Positions 31,720-41,700 of a DNA stretch of 64,000 bases are shown here, in pieces. The number at the start of each line of letters is the position of its first letter. The first letter of the stretch is position 1. Both the position numbers and the translations under genes were made by a program. Origin of the DNA: an uncultured Rickettsia sp. (GTDB lineage: Bacteria; Pseudomonadota; Alphaproteobacteria; Rickettsiales; UBA1997); contig CAZDGN010000006.1 of the NCBI GenBank assembly GCA_964505265.1, forward strand, positions 24,214 to 88,213. The letters run 5' to 3'. A model generated the notes under the pieces. That model was not told the DNA's origin. It was given only the letters and a program-made list of their open reading frames with translations, and searched no databases.

Positions 31720-32976
31720 TTATTTTCGTTTCGCTTTTTCCATATCCCTTGAAATTTTTTCTGCTATTGCATATCCAACAACCCCTCCAGCTGTAATTCC
31801 GGCTATGGATGCCAAAACTGGTGCACTTGGAACTGATACCGCTGCTAAGGCGCCAAAAGCTAAACCGCTAGTTAAGGCACTATATATTTTTACTTCATCT
31901 GGGCTACCAAATAAATCCCATAGATTTTGATTTTGTTGTGCAGGAGTGGATGTGGAATTATTGTGATATGATGATGAATTGAAGGAGGGTGTTGCGTTTG
32001 GGCTTGGTTCGTCTTCTGCAAGAATCATTTGGCTTGAAACATGGTCTGTGCCAACTTCTCCAGGTGGTGATCCAAGTTGTTTATCTGGTAATTTATTTTG
32101 TTGGGGGGGCGAGTTTCTGCAAACCAATGCAGCTTGGTTCCTTGGCGGTGTTTCGTTTGTTTTTTTTGTTCCATCTTCGCCTACGTGTTTTGAGTCTGAC
32201 GCGCTACGATGTTGGGGATTGGATTCAGGCTCATGATCTCTTTCGGTCCTGTAGACATTTCCTGTTGTTATGACAGCAGGGCTCGGAGGAGGGCAACCCA
32301 ATCTAGCTCTTGCTGGCGGAGGAGGTGGAGTTGATTGCTTGCTTAGTGGCTGATCATCTGGGGGTCGGGTAAACAAACTACTGCAAGTTAGGACACTATC
32401 TGTATTTATATTTGTAAGAGGAGCCTCTGATAAATTAGCTGCCCTAGTAGATACATGGCCTTTGGATCCTGATCCTGAACCGGATGTTGGAACAAAGGAA
32501 TCTAACCGAGGTGTCGGCATCACTGAAGTTCTAGCATCGAAAACGAGATTTGTTTTTATTGTTAGAACAGAATCGTGGGTAGGACATCTTGTGGGATTTG
32601 GTTTAGATTCATTATTAGGTTTATCAGGTTCAAATGATCTTCTTATACGCGAAACTGCTCCAGGGCGTATTACATTTTTTGCATCATTAGAGCTCGTTGA
32701 TCCAGAATTTGATCTCGGCGAATGATTTTTTTGGATGGGCAAAACTTCTGTACCCAATGGTAAGTAATTGACATTTTTGATAGATTGATTAGAATCCAAA
32801 GGGTCGAGGGGAGGGGGATGAACAAAAACAAGAGTTGCAGTGGTGGTGATACAATTATCAAGTAATTTCTTCTCCAGAGTCAAAGGTTTCATTCCAGCTC
32901 TTAATCCAGTATATAACTCATTTTTAATAATCCCAAGTTCTGCACTAACACTATCAGCAATCATACAAATCAACAA
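31720..32976 (-). CDS. Pro/Ser-rich disordered protein with C-terminal hydrophobic hairpin
   Basis: 418-codon ORF whose stop lies 2 bp from the convergent gene; PPPPP tract; two Gly/Ala-rich helices at the C-terminus. Start uncertain. Confidence 0.65.
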   Translation of the reverse strand: MLICMIADSVSAELGIIKNELYTGLRAGMKPLTLEKKLLDNCITTTATLVFVHPPPLDPLDSNQSIKNVNYLPLGTEVLPIQKNHSPRSNSGSTSSNDAKNVIRPGAVSRIRRSFEPDKPNNESKPNPTRCPTHDSVLTIKTNLVFDARTSVMPTPRLDSFVPTSGSGSGSKGHVSTRAANLSEAPLTNINTDSVLTCSSLFTRPPDDQPLSKQSTPPPPPARARLGCPPPSPAVITTGNVYRTERDHEPESNPQHRSASDSKHVGEDGTKKTNETPPRNQAALVCRNSPPQQNKLPDKQLGSPPGEVGTDHVSSQMILAEDEPSPNATPSFNSSSYHNNSTSTPAQQNQNLWDLFGSPDEVKIYSALTSGLAFGALAAVSVPSAPVLASIAGITAGGVVGYAIAEKISRDMEKAKRK

Positions 32977-33284
32977 AGGAAAAATTTGTCATAAACTAAT
33001 AATTGGTTTAAATTTTTTAAAACTCCATTATTATAAGCAAAATTATATATTTTATCAAGAATTATTCATAGATAAATAAATAACTAAAATCAATATAAAT
33101 CTATAATACATAGTAAATTTAAAAAAAGAAAACCCCTTAATTTCAAAATGAGAAATTATTTTTAAGATTTATAAATTTATGAGTCAATTAATATAGCTAA
33201 AGATGTTAATTTGAATAAATTTTTGGGTTGATTAAATTAATATATCTAGGAAATGCAGAAATTTATAATTAAATTTTTAACTAT

Positions 33285-33563
33285 TTACAAAGGCGGTATA
33301 GCGTGCCTAAATGTTATGGTGGCAGTAACTTCAGGCCTAATGGTCGGAGATGGAGGAGTTGGGTGTGTTGAAGGTGAGGAATTTTGTACTTGAGTAATAA
33401 TTGACGAACCATGGGCAAGATTTTGAAGGTTTGGAGGAGGGGCAGAAGTATCATTGGAAGAGCCTTCTTTTTCTAGTAGATTTTGGAATAATCCATTTGG
33501 ATTGGAAAAACATAACATTGTAACATCATATTGATCTTCATTAGAGTGAGTAGGTTTATTCAT
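33285..33563 (-). CDS. Small Pro/Ser-rich hypothetical protein
   Basis: 92-aa ATG-started ORF; a GC-richer island between AT-rich spacers. Confidence 0.55.
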   Translation of the reverse strand: MNKPTHSNEDQYDVTMLCFSNPNGLFQNLLEKEGSSNDTSAPPPNLQNLAHGSSIITQVQNSSPSTHPTPPSPTIRPEVTATITFRHAIPPL

Positions 33564-33840
33564 AAAATTAAATTATATAAAAATTTAAACCTTATTTTTT
33601 TAAAAAATATAAAAAAATTAGGTCATAGGACATTAAGATTTTGTTTTATAATATTTTACTTTGAAAAAATTTAATTGCAGTGAATATTTTTTTACAAGTA
33701 AAAATTTAATATTTTGTTAAAGAAGTAAAATAAACTTTATATTTCTCAAAATGAGAATATATAATTTATAATACAAAAAAAAGTTGTGTATTATTTTAGT
33801 ATAATTAAATTAAGTAATCGTAAAATAATATTTTACAAAA

Positions 33841-33914
33841 CCCACGCAAACCGGTTAACAGCAAGCCACTTGTGCGGTAAAGCAAGCTTCTTCCCGACCA
33901 GCTCTTTACCGCAC
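33841..33914. other. GC-rich intergenic hairpin, identity unknown
   Basis: Perfect 11-bp stem GTGCGGTAAAG (33872-33882) / CTTTACCGCAC (33904-33914). Confidence 0.5.
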
Positions 33915-33969
33915 TTTAAAAATAAATTTAGAATTTTCTTAGATTAAATCACAAAATATTTAAGAAAAG

Positions 33970-34115
33970 ATAGTTTTAAGACTACTTGCCTACTGTTGTC
34001 TTATGCATTTAGATCGTCCAAAAAAAACATAGGGGCGTATGCTCTACTAAGGAATATTACCCTCTAAGTGAGAGCGAGGATGAAGGCACCAGTTGAGTTG
34101 CCAGCATATTTTACT
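33970..34115. ncRNA. Putative structured RNA (6S RNA is one candidate)
   Basis: Nested pairings TGCCT/AGGCA, TCGTCC/GGATGA, GCTCT/AGAGC, ACT/AGT in a GC-richer intergenic block. Identity and strand unverified. Confidence 0.3.
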
Positions 34116-34197
34116 AAGAAAATTATTTAAATATTTCATCAAAATTAATTTATAATCTAGCAAAAAAATCTTAAAAAAAAACAATTTAAGCCTATAA

Positions 34198-35058
34198 TTA
34201 GATATTAATTTTAAATTTTAGTGCTCGAATAATTCCTGCTAAATCCTTTTGATGCTTCTCAAAATGCCAACCTTCTTTTTCAAAAATATCTCTTATTGCT
34301 GTAAATTGATTTACCCCAATTTCTAAATATAAGGAGCCGTTTTTTTGCAAATAATTTCTAGATTTTTTGGCAATTGATCGATAAAAATCAAGCCCATCTT
34401 TTCCGCCGTCGAGAGCTAAAATTGGGTCGTAATTTTGGACTTCCATAGCTAGTAATCCTATTTCATTAGATGGTATATAGGGCGGGTTGGAAAGAATGAT
34501 GTTAAATTTATTATTGGTGGCAAGTCTTTCAAATAAATCGCTTTGTAGCAATTTAATTTTGGTTGATAATTGATGTTGTGAAATATTTTTTTCTGCAATT
34601 TGCAATGCTTTGTCGCTAATGTCTATGGCGGTTGCCGATGCATCTGATAAAGCTTTTACTAAGGCAACAATTAAGCAAGAAGATCCCGTCCCGATTTCAA
34701 GTAAGTTTAAATTCTCAATATTTTTATAATCAGAAAGAATCAATTCGACGATAATTTCGGAATCTGGCCTAGGATCTAGGACATTCTCATCGACATAAAA
34801 ATCCAAACCAAAAAATTCCTTGTGATTAATTAATTTAGCAATTGGTTTTTTTTCAATTGCTCTTTCTAATACTAGTTTTTTGAAAATTTCATATTGATTC
34901 TCTGTAAGCAATAATTCGTCATTTTGAAGTAAAATTTGGCTTTTGTTATAATTGCTTACATAAGATAGGAGTATTCTGGCATCTAAAAAAGGAGAGGCAA
35001 TTGAATGCATTTTTAGCATATCAACTGCCTCTTTAATGGCAAATGAAATAGTAATCAA
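34198..35058 (-). CDS. prmC: Release factor glutamine methyltransferase
   Basis: VLDPRPDSE, IGTGS, SNPPY, DGGKDGL. Confidence 0.93.
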   Translation of the reverse strand: MITISFAIKEAVDMLKMHSIASPFLDARILLSYVSNYNKSQILLQNDELLLTENQYEIFKKLVLERAIEKKPIAKLINHKEFFGLDFYVDENVLDPRPDSEIIVELILSDYKNIENLNLLEIGTGSSCLIVALVKALSDASATAIDISDKALQIAEKNISQHQLSTKIKLLQSDLFERLATNNKFNIILSNPPYIPSNEIGLLAMEVQNYDPILALDGGKDGLDFYRSIAKKSRNYLQKNGSLYLEIGVNQFTAIRDIFEKEGWHFEKHQKDLAGIIRALKFKINI

Positions 35059-35069
35059 TTTAAACTAAT

Positions 35070-36728
35070 TTATAACTTACCAACAATTTCACGAACTGGA
35101 ATTTCGTTAATCATAAATTCAAGATTCTTCTCTCTTCTAACATCGAATTGAGAAACATCATCTTTGGTAACTGAGTTTTTTGAAGCAATTTCCACAGCAA
35201 CAATAGGTAGAGATGAGGCAATGTTGTTAAGGAAGATTTCATAATTTTGTATGTAGCTAGCATTAGCTTGCTCAACACTAACCTCATTGCCTTGGGCGGG
35301 GGCGCTAGGTTTTTTTGTTTCAGCATATTTTCTGAATTGACCCGAAAGTTGTTGGATTAGGTTGCCAATTTTTTCAATTTTAACTGTAATACCGCCCGAT
35401 GGATAATTGTCGTCAGATGATGAAGAAAAGTCTCCAGTTACATTGATTTTATATAGTGGATTTGAAAGTTCAAAATTTTCAATTTTAACATTGTGAACAT
35501 ATTGAATTGGTAATTCTTGAATTTGTGTTGGGTCTACTGGCTCAGATTCATCTTGCTTGATTGATGGGGTTAGAGTAATTACTAAATCCATAATAATATT
35601 GCTTTTAATAATGCTAGTATCAACAATAGCATCTACAATATTCGGAGTTGGTTGAGCAATTTCGGCCGCGACATTGTTTGGTGCTGACGATGGATCGACA
35701 ATAGTAGGTGGCTGAATTTGTGGATTTGATGGGTCATTAGCTGCGACTTGATTGGCAATAACAACGGCTTGTCTCATTGCATCAACTGAATTTGTTGCAA
35801 CAATTGATGGATTGTTTGGTTGATTTGGGTTATACGGCACTCCAGCTTCGACAGGAGTTGGCGAAGGGGCGGTTGCAGTTTGTGGCTTTGCAGGATTGGC
35901 AGCTGATACAGCTGTAGCAGAAGGCGGAGTAGCTGGGTTTGCAAGAGGAGCTGGTTGAGCCTGAATTACAACATCACCTGGTTGAGTTCCAATAGCTTGT
36001 GGATTGGTTGGGGGGAGTTGGCTTGGGTCGGGAAATACATTGCTAATTACCCCAATTTGATTGGGCTGATTATCAGATAATCTAACTTTGATCTCTTCGG
36101 TTTTGATTCCTTCGATAACCTTTTTTTCGAGTATGTTTTTGTAAAAGTCAATTAAGGCATAGCCCTCAACCTCATTAAGAGAGATTGAAACTTTGCTGGT
36201 TTTTTTGTCGGTTTCATCAACTGTAGTTTCAGATGAGATTGATGTTCCTTTGGTAGAATTGATAACATTTTTTTCGCCATCTAAAACTTTAAATCCGCCA
36301 TCAGAATATTTGAAGTTGGATATAAATCCGTCATTTAGAGAAATCAAAATTTCTGGTTGATTAGCAAACTCAATATCATAAATATCACCTTCATTATCTT
36401 GGGTTTTAACTACATCAAGAATATTTATTTTAAATTCGCTGGAAAAAATTCCAGCACTCGCTTCGATTTTTTTAAGAATAAAAGTTTTTTTGGAAACTAA
36501 ATTTACAGGAATAGTTATTTTTAAATCATTGATTGTGATTTTTTGATTTAATGGAAAACCAGCTACAGATACCTCGCCAATATTAATATAATTTGAGTTT
36601 TCACCAATTAATTTGTTAATTTGCTTTTCAGTTTGACCAGCTTTAAAGAACCAAAAAACACAATAGGACAACCCTATTACAATTAAGACAATGGCTAATT
36701 TAATTATAAGACCTTTTTTCATAAACAA
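35070..36728 (-). CDS. Membrane-anchored periplasmic protein, DUF2125-like N-terminus with a Pro/Ala/Gln/Asn-rich insertion
   Basis: N-terminal TM helix ending YCVFWFF, VSVAGFP motif, about 130 aa of central low-complexity sequence. Confidence 0.65.
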   Translation of the reverse strand: MFMKKGLIIKLAIVLIVIGLSYCVFWFFKAGQTEKQINKLIGENSNYINIGEVSVAGFPLNQKITINDLKITIPVNLVSKKTFILKKIEASAGIFSSEFKINILDVVKTQDNEGDIYDIEFANQPEILISLNDGFISNFKYSDGGFKVLDGEKNVINSTKGTSISSETTVDETDKKTSKVSISLNEVEGYALIDFYKNILEKKVIEGIKTEEIKVRLSDNQPNQIGVISNVFPDPSQLPPTNPQAIGTQPGDVVIQAQPAPLANPATPPSATAVSAANPAKPQTATAPSPTPVEAGVPYNPNQPNNPSIVATNSVDAMRQAVVIANQVAANDPSNPQIQPPTIVDPSSAPNNVAAEIAQPTPNIVDAIVDTSIIKSNIIMDLVITLTPSIKQDESEPVDPTQIQELPIQYVHNVKIENFELSNPLYKINVTGDFSSSSDDNYPSGGITVKIEKIGNLIQQLSGQFRKYAETKKPSAPAQGNEVSVEQANASYIQNYEIFLNNIASSLPIVAVEIASKNSVTKDDVSQFDVRREKNLEFMINEIPVREIVGKL

Positions 36729-36732
36729 TTAT

Positions 36733-37077
36733 TTATTTGTTATTGATTGAAATATTGCGAGTTTCGTTTGGCACTATAAGTGTTATTCCGTCTAACTCTT
36801 TAGTTAATAAAATTTGACATCCAAGTCTTGAAGTTGGAGCCAAACCAAAAGCTAAATCAAGCATATCTTCTTCGTCTTCCGAAGGAGGATTCAGCATATC
36901 ATAAAATTTTTTATCAACGATAACATGGCAGGTGGAGCATGCCAAGGAGCCTTCGCAGGCACCTTCTAAGCTAATGTTATTATTATGTGCTATTTCCAAA
37001 ATTGAAGACCCAATTGGAGCTTCAAATTCTTTTCTTTCTCCATTTTCAATGAAAATGATTTTGGCTTTATCTGTCAT
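36733..37077 (-). CDS. fdx: 2Fe-2S ferredoxin (ISC/adrenodoxin type)
   Basis: [18 protein letters not shown]. Confidence 0.93.
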   Translation of the reverse strand: MTDKAKIIFIENGERKEFEAPIGSSILEIAHNNNISLEGACEGSLACSTCHVIVDKKFYDMLNPPSEDEEDMLDLAFGLAPTSRLGCQILLTKELDGITLIVPNETRNISINNK

Positions 37078-37288
37078 CTAAAATAAAATATAAATTTTAA
37101 TTTGCAAAAAATTTTTTAATAATTTTTAATATTGCAACATATCTACTCAATAAACCTTAATATATTGTATTAATAGACCATAAAGGTTAATATATTTGTA
37201 AAAATTTATAGGGTAAATTTAAAAAAATTGCACTAATTTTTGAAATTATAAAAAATTTATTTTAAAAAATAAACTTCTTTTTTAATCT

Positions 37289-37741
37289 ATGTTAAAAATT
37301 GTTTTATTTCAACCTGAAATTGCTGGAAATGTTGGAGCTATTATTCGAAATTGTGCCGTATTTGGTGCCGATTTACATATTATTGAACCTTGTGGTTTTC
37401 CATTTGATATCAATAGGATTAAAAAATCAGCTTTGGATTATTTGCAATATGTAAAAATTTTTCGACATCAATCTTTTGATATTTTTTTAAAAAATTATTT
37501 TTTAAAAGAGTCGTCAAGACTTATTCTGGCAACAACTAAAGCCAGCGAAAACCTTTTCGATTTTAAATTTACCGAAAATGATTTTATAATTTTTGGCACT
37601 GAAAGTTCTGGAGCCCCTGATTATGTTCATAATTCAGCAGATTTTAGAGTTAAAATTTTTATGAAGGGAGCCTTTAGATCGATAAATATCGCAACTTCTA
37701 CTGGGATCTTTTTGGCAAAAGCAAGAAATGATATTGGTTAA
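37289..37741 (+). CDS. trmL: tRNA (cytidine(34)-2'-O)-methyltransferase, SPOUT family
   Basis: QPEIAGNVG, FGTESSG, RSINIA. Confidence 0.9.
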   Translation: MLKIVLFQPEIAGNVGAIIRNCAVFGADLHIIEPCGFPFDINRIKKSALDYLQYVKIFRHQSFDIFLKNYFLKESSRLILATTKASENLFDFKFTENDFIIFGTESSGAPDYVHNSADFRVKIFMKGAFRSINIATSTGIFLAKARNDIG

Positions 37742-39339
37742 TTTTTTTCTGAATTTGTTTTTTTGCTTTCCCCTTCAGATTTTGCTTTAATTGATAATAG
37801 CGGAGCAATATTTTTGATTACTCGACCCGCAACCGGAGCGGCGACCATACCGGCAGTGTTGAAGGTATAATTTGGCCTGTCAAATACTACATAAACCAAA
37901 TATTTTGGTTCAAAAATTGGAAATGCTCCAACAAATGAAGCTAAGGTTTGACCTTCATTATACCCTCCCATTTCAGCTCTATCTGCCGTTCCAGTTTTTC
38001 CACCAACTTCGTAACCTTTGATATTGGCATATTTTCCAGTTCCTTCCTCCACCACATTTCGCATCAAAATTTTCATTTTTTCAACGGTTTCATCTTTAAT
38101 TAATTTTTGAGGAATCTTTGGAGGCTCTTCGAGTTTTAAAAATGATGGCTTGTAAAGATATCCGCCATTAACTATAGCCGAAGTTGCCAATGCAAGGTGA
38201 AGTGGGGTTGAGGCGATGCCGTGCCCATATGATATGGTATATAGACTAATCTCGCTCCAGTTTTTTATTGGTGCCATAATTCTGCCTAAACCTGGAAAAT
38301 CAGCTTCAACTTTTTTAAGAAATCCAAATTTTCCCAAAAATTCCTTTTGATTATAAATGCCGATTTTTTCAGCAATCTTTATGGTTCCTATATTTGAGCT
38401 TTCCGCAAAAATTTCTTTTACAGACATTTGATCTTTGTGTCGGTCGTGATCCTTAATCGAGAATTTTCCATATTTAATTGGCTCTCCAACAAAAAAAACA
38501 TCGTTTAAATCAACTAAATTATGCTCAAATGCCATGGCATTGGTAAAAATTTTCATAACTGAACCAAGTTCATAACTCCCATTAGTAACCATATTGAATC
38601 TTTGTTCGGGAAGTGCTTCGCTTTGTATGTTGGCATCAAAAGAAGGAAGTGAAACCAGCCCTAAAATTTCACCATTATTAACATTCATCACGATTCCAGA
38701 GGCTGATTTTGCTCGAAATTCTTCTTTGGCTTTGGAGAGTTCGTCAAACAAAATATCTTGAATCCTAACATCCATTGCTAAGGTTAAATTTTCATTCATC
38801 ATTAATTTGCGATCATATTGCATCTCGATACCAGAAAGACCTTTTCGGTCAAGATCGACATACCCAACATAATGGCTTGCAATATTTTTTTGCGGGTAGA
38901 CTCGAATTAGATCATCTTCAAAAATTAGGCCAGCAATTTGTAATTTTTCTACCATTTCTACTTGAGATGGAGTAAGGTTGCGACGGATTAAAATCCAGTG
39001 TTTGCTGTGCTTGCCTTCAGTAATTTTTCTTAGAATTTCATCGTAAGATAAATCTCCAAAGCTAGTGGTGATTGCTTTGGCAACCAGTTTTGGATCGCGA
39101 ACTAAAACCGAACTTACATAAAGCGATTTGGTTTTTAAATCAGTGGCCAATAAAACACCGTTTCTGTCAAAAATATCAGCTCTTTTTAAATTATGCTTTG
39201 ATTCGTAAAGGTTTCCGATGTTATTTGCATCTTTTGAGGAGGCAATGTAAATCAAGCGAAAAATAATAAAAAGGAATATCAAAATTATTATGAAAAATAA
39301 TAACTTTAACCTGCCATATGGAATTTTTGCTTGTTCCAT
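37738..39339 (-). CDS. ftsI: Penicillin-binding protein 3
   Basis: RADIFDRNG, ELGSVMK (SxxK), SSN, KTGT. Confidence 0.88.
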   Translation of the reverse strand: MEQAKIPYGRLKLLFFIIILIFLFIIFRLIYIASSKDANNIGNLYESKHNLKRADIFDRNGVLLATDLKTKSLYVSSVLVRDPKLVAKAITTSFGDLSYDEILRKITEGKHSKHWILIRRNLTPSQVEMVEKLQIAGLIFEDDLIRVYPQKNIASHYVGYVDLDRKGLSGIEMQYDRKLMMNENLTLAMDVRIQDILFDELSKAKEEFRAKSASGIVMNVNNGEILGLVSLPSFDANIQSEALPEQRFNMVTNGSYELGSVMKIFTNAMAFEHNLVDLNDVFFVGEPIKYGKFSIKDHDRHKDQMSVKEIFAESSNIGTIKIAEKIGIYNQKEFLGKFGFLKKVEADFPGLGRIMAPIKNWSEISLYTISYGHGIASTPLHLALATSAIVNGGYLYKPSFLKLEEPPKIPQKLIKDETVEKMKILMRNVVEEGTGKYANIKGYEVGGKTGTADRAEMGGYNEGQTLASFVGAFPIFEPKYLVYVVFDRPNYTFNTAGMVAAPVAGRVIKNIAPLLSIKAKSEGESKKTNSEKN

Positions 39340-39344
39340 ACTTG

Positions 39345-40295
<951 letters not shown>

Positions 40296-40916
40296 TTATA
40301 TATTTTGGTTAATAATAGTTAAAATTTGTTGAAAAACTTCATCGCTATTTTTCATTCCATCGATTATTTTAATTCGCGAATTATTTTTCGCCAACTTAAA
40401 ATATGAATCATAAATTTTTTGATGAAATTGTAAACCGAGTTTGTCGTAGCGATTGTTTTCGGTGCGCTTTGCAGTTCTTTTTAAACCTTCTTGTAAAGAA
40501 ATATCGATGAAGAAAGTTATGTCTGGAGCAAAATCATTTAAAACCAACTTATTTAGTTGACTAACATAATCAAAACCTAGCTCCATAGCACCTCCTTGGT
40601 AAGCGTAGCTGGAATCAAAAAAACGATCGCAAATAACGATTTTTCCTTGGTCAATTGCTGGTTTAATAATTTTTTCAATATGCTCAATGCGAGAAGCATA
40701 ATTTAATAATAATTCGGTTTTGGCTTCAAGCTTGTCAATTTCTTCATCCATTAAAATTGTACGAATTTTTTCTCCAGCTTTTGTTCCCCCAGGTTCTCGA
40801 GTTAAAATAGAATTAGTTTGATTTGTTAAAAAATATTCGTAAAGTTTTTTGGCTTGAGTTGATTTGCCGCAACCTTCAATGCCTTCAAATGTAATAAAAT
40901 TTAATGGTTTTGCCAT
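40296..40916 (-). CDS. tmk: Thymidylate kinase
   Basis: FITFEGIEGCGKST, TREPGG, CDRF. Start placed at MAKPLNF (40916); the ORF track extends into the opposite gene. Confidence 0.93.
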   Translation of the reverse strand: MAKPLNFITFEGIEGCGKSTQAKKLYEYFLTNQTNSILTREPGGTKAGEKIRTILMDEEIDKLEAKTELLLNYASRIEHIEKIIKPAIDQGKIVICDRFFDSSYAYQGGAMELGFDYVSQLNKLVLNDFAPDITFFIDISLQEGLKRTAKRTENNRYDKLGLQFHQKIYDSYFKLAKNNSRIKIIDGMKNSDEVFQQILTIINQNI

Positions 40917-41697
40917 GATTTCAAAATTTAAAAATATTGTAATAACGGGAGCCAGTTCTGGTATTGGCAGAGCATTGGCTATAGAATTTGCAAAAAAATC
41001 ACAAAATTTATTTTTAGGCGCTAGAAATTTAGAAAATTTAGAGCAAACTAAAAATTTATGCAAAAATATAAATGATAAAATTAATATTTACATCAAAATT
41101 TTAGATGTCAAAAATGAAATTGATTGTAAAAATTGGATTGACGAAATAGAAAAAGATTTCGCTATTGATTTGGTGATTGCTAATGCTGGAATCTCCGCTG
41201 GAACAGCCGGAGGAGTTGAAGATTATTTTCAAATAAAAAATATTTTTGATACTAATTTATACGGAGTAATAAATATTATACAGCCTGTAATTCCGTATAT
41301 GCAGACCAGAAAATCGGGGCAAATTGCTATTATTTCTTCTTTGGCAAGTTTTGTATCTTTGCCAAGCTGTCCGAGTTATAGTGCCAGCAAATCTGCCGTT
41401 AGAATATATGGCGAAGCTCTTTATAATTCGCTTTATGAAGATAATATTGGTATTAACATTATTTGCCCTGGATATATTAAAACACCGATGACTGCGGTTA
41501 ATAATTTCAAAATGCCATTTTTAATGGAAGTTAAATATGCCAGTAAAATGATAATAAAAAAACTTGAGCAAAATAAATTTTTAATTATTTTTCCTAAGCG
41601 ATTATTTTTGGCGATAAAAATTTTAGGATTTTTGCCTTTGCCAATAAAAAATTTTATTTTAAGAAAATTACCCAAAAAACCAAATTTAGTAAATTAA
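40915..41697 (+). CDS. Short-chain dehydrogenase/reductase
   Basis: TGASSGIG, NAG, YSASK. Start placed at MISKFKN (40915). Confidence 0.9.
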   Translation: MISKFKNIVITGASSGIGRALAIEFAKKSQNLFLGARNLENLEQTKNLCKNINDKINIYIKILDVKNEIDCKNWIDEIEKDFAIDLVIANAGISAGTAGGVEDYFQIKNIFDTNLYGVINIIQPVIPYMQTRKSGQIAIISSLASFVSLPSCPSYSASKSAVRIYGEALYNSLYEDNIGINIICPGYIKTPMTAVNNFKMPFLMEVKYASKMIIKKLEQNKFLIIFPKRLFLAIKILGFLPLPIKNFILRKLPKKPNLVN

Positions 41698-41700
41698 AAT

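Noticed and set aside
31720-33563. Horizontally acquired island inferred from higher GC
   Set aside because: The GC rise is explained by Pro/Ser/Gly/Ala codons; no integrase, tRNA junction or flanking repeats.
33872-33914. SRP RNA or permuted tmRNA identity for the hairpin
   Set aside because: Minus-strand CTGG-TC-GGGAA-GA-AGC only loosely resembles SRP helix 8 and lacks the conserved CAGG and asymmetric loop; no CCA acceptor end or ANDN tag frame.
40917-41063. 49-aa N-terminal extension of tmk given by the ORF track
   Set aside because: It is the antisense of the SDR coding region; the kinase P-loop follows the internal Met at 40916.
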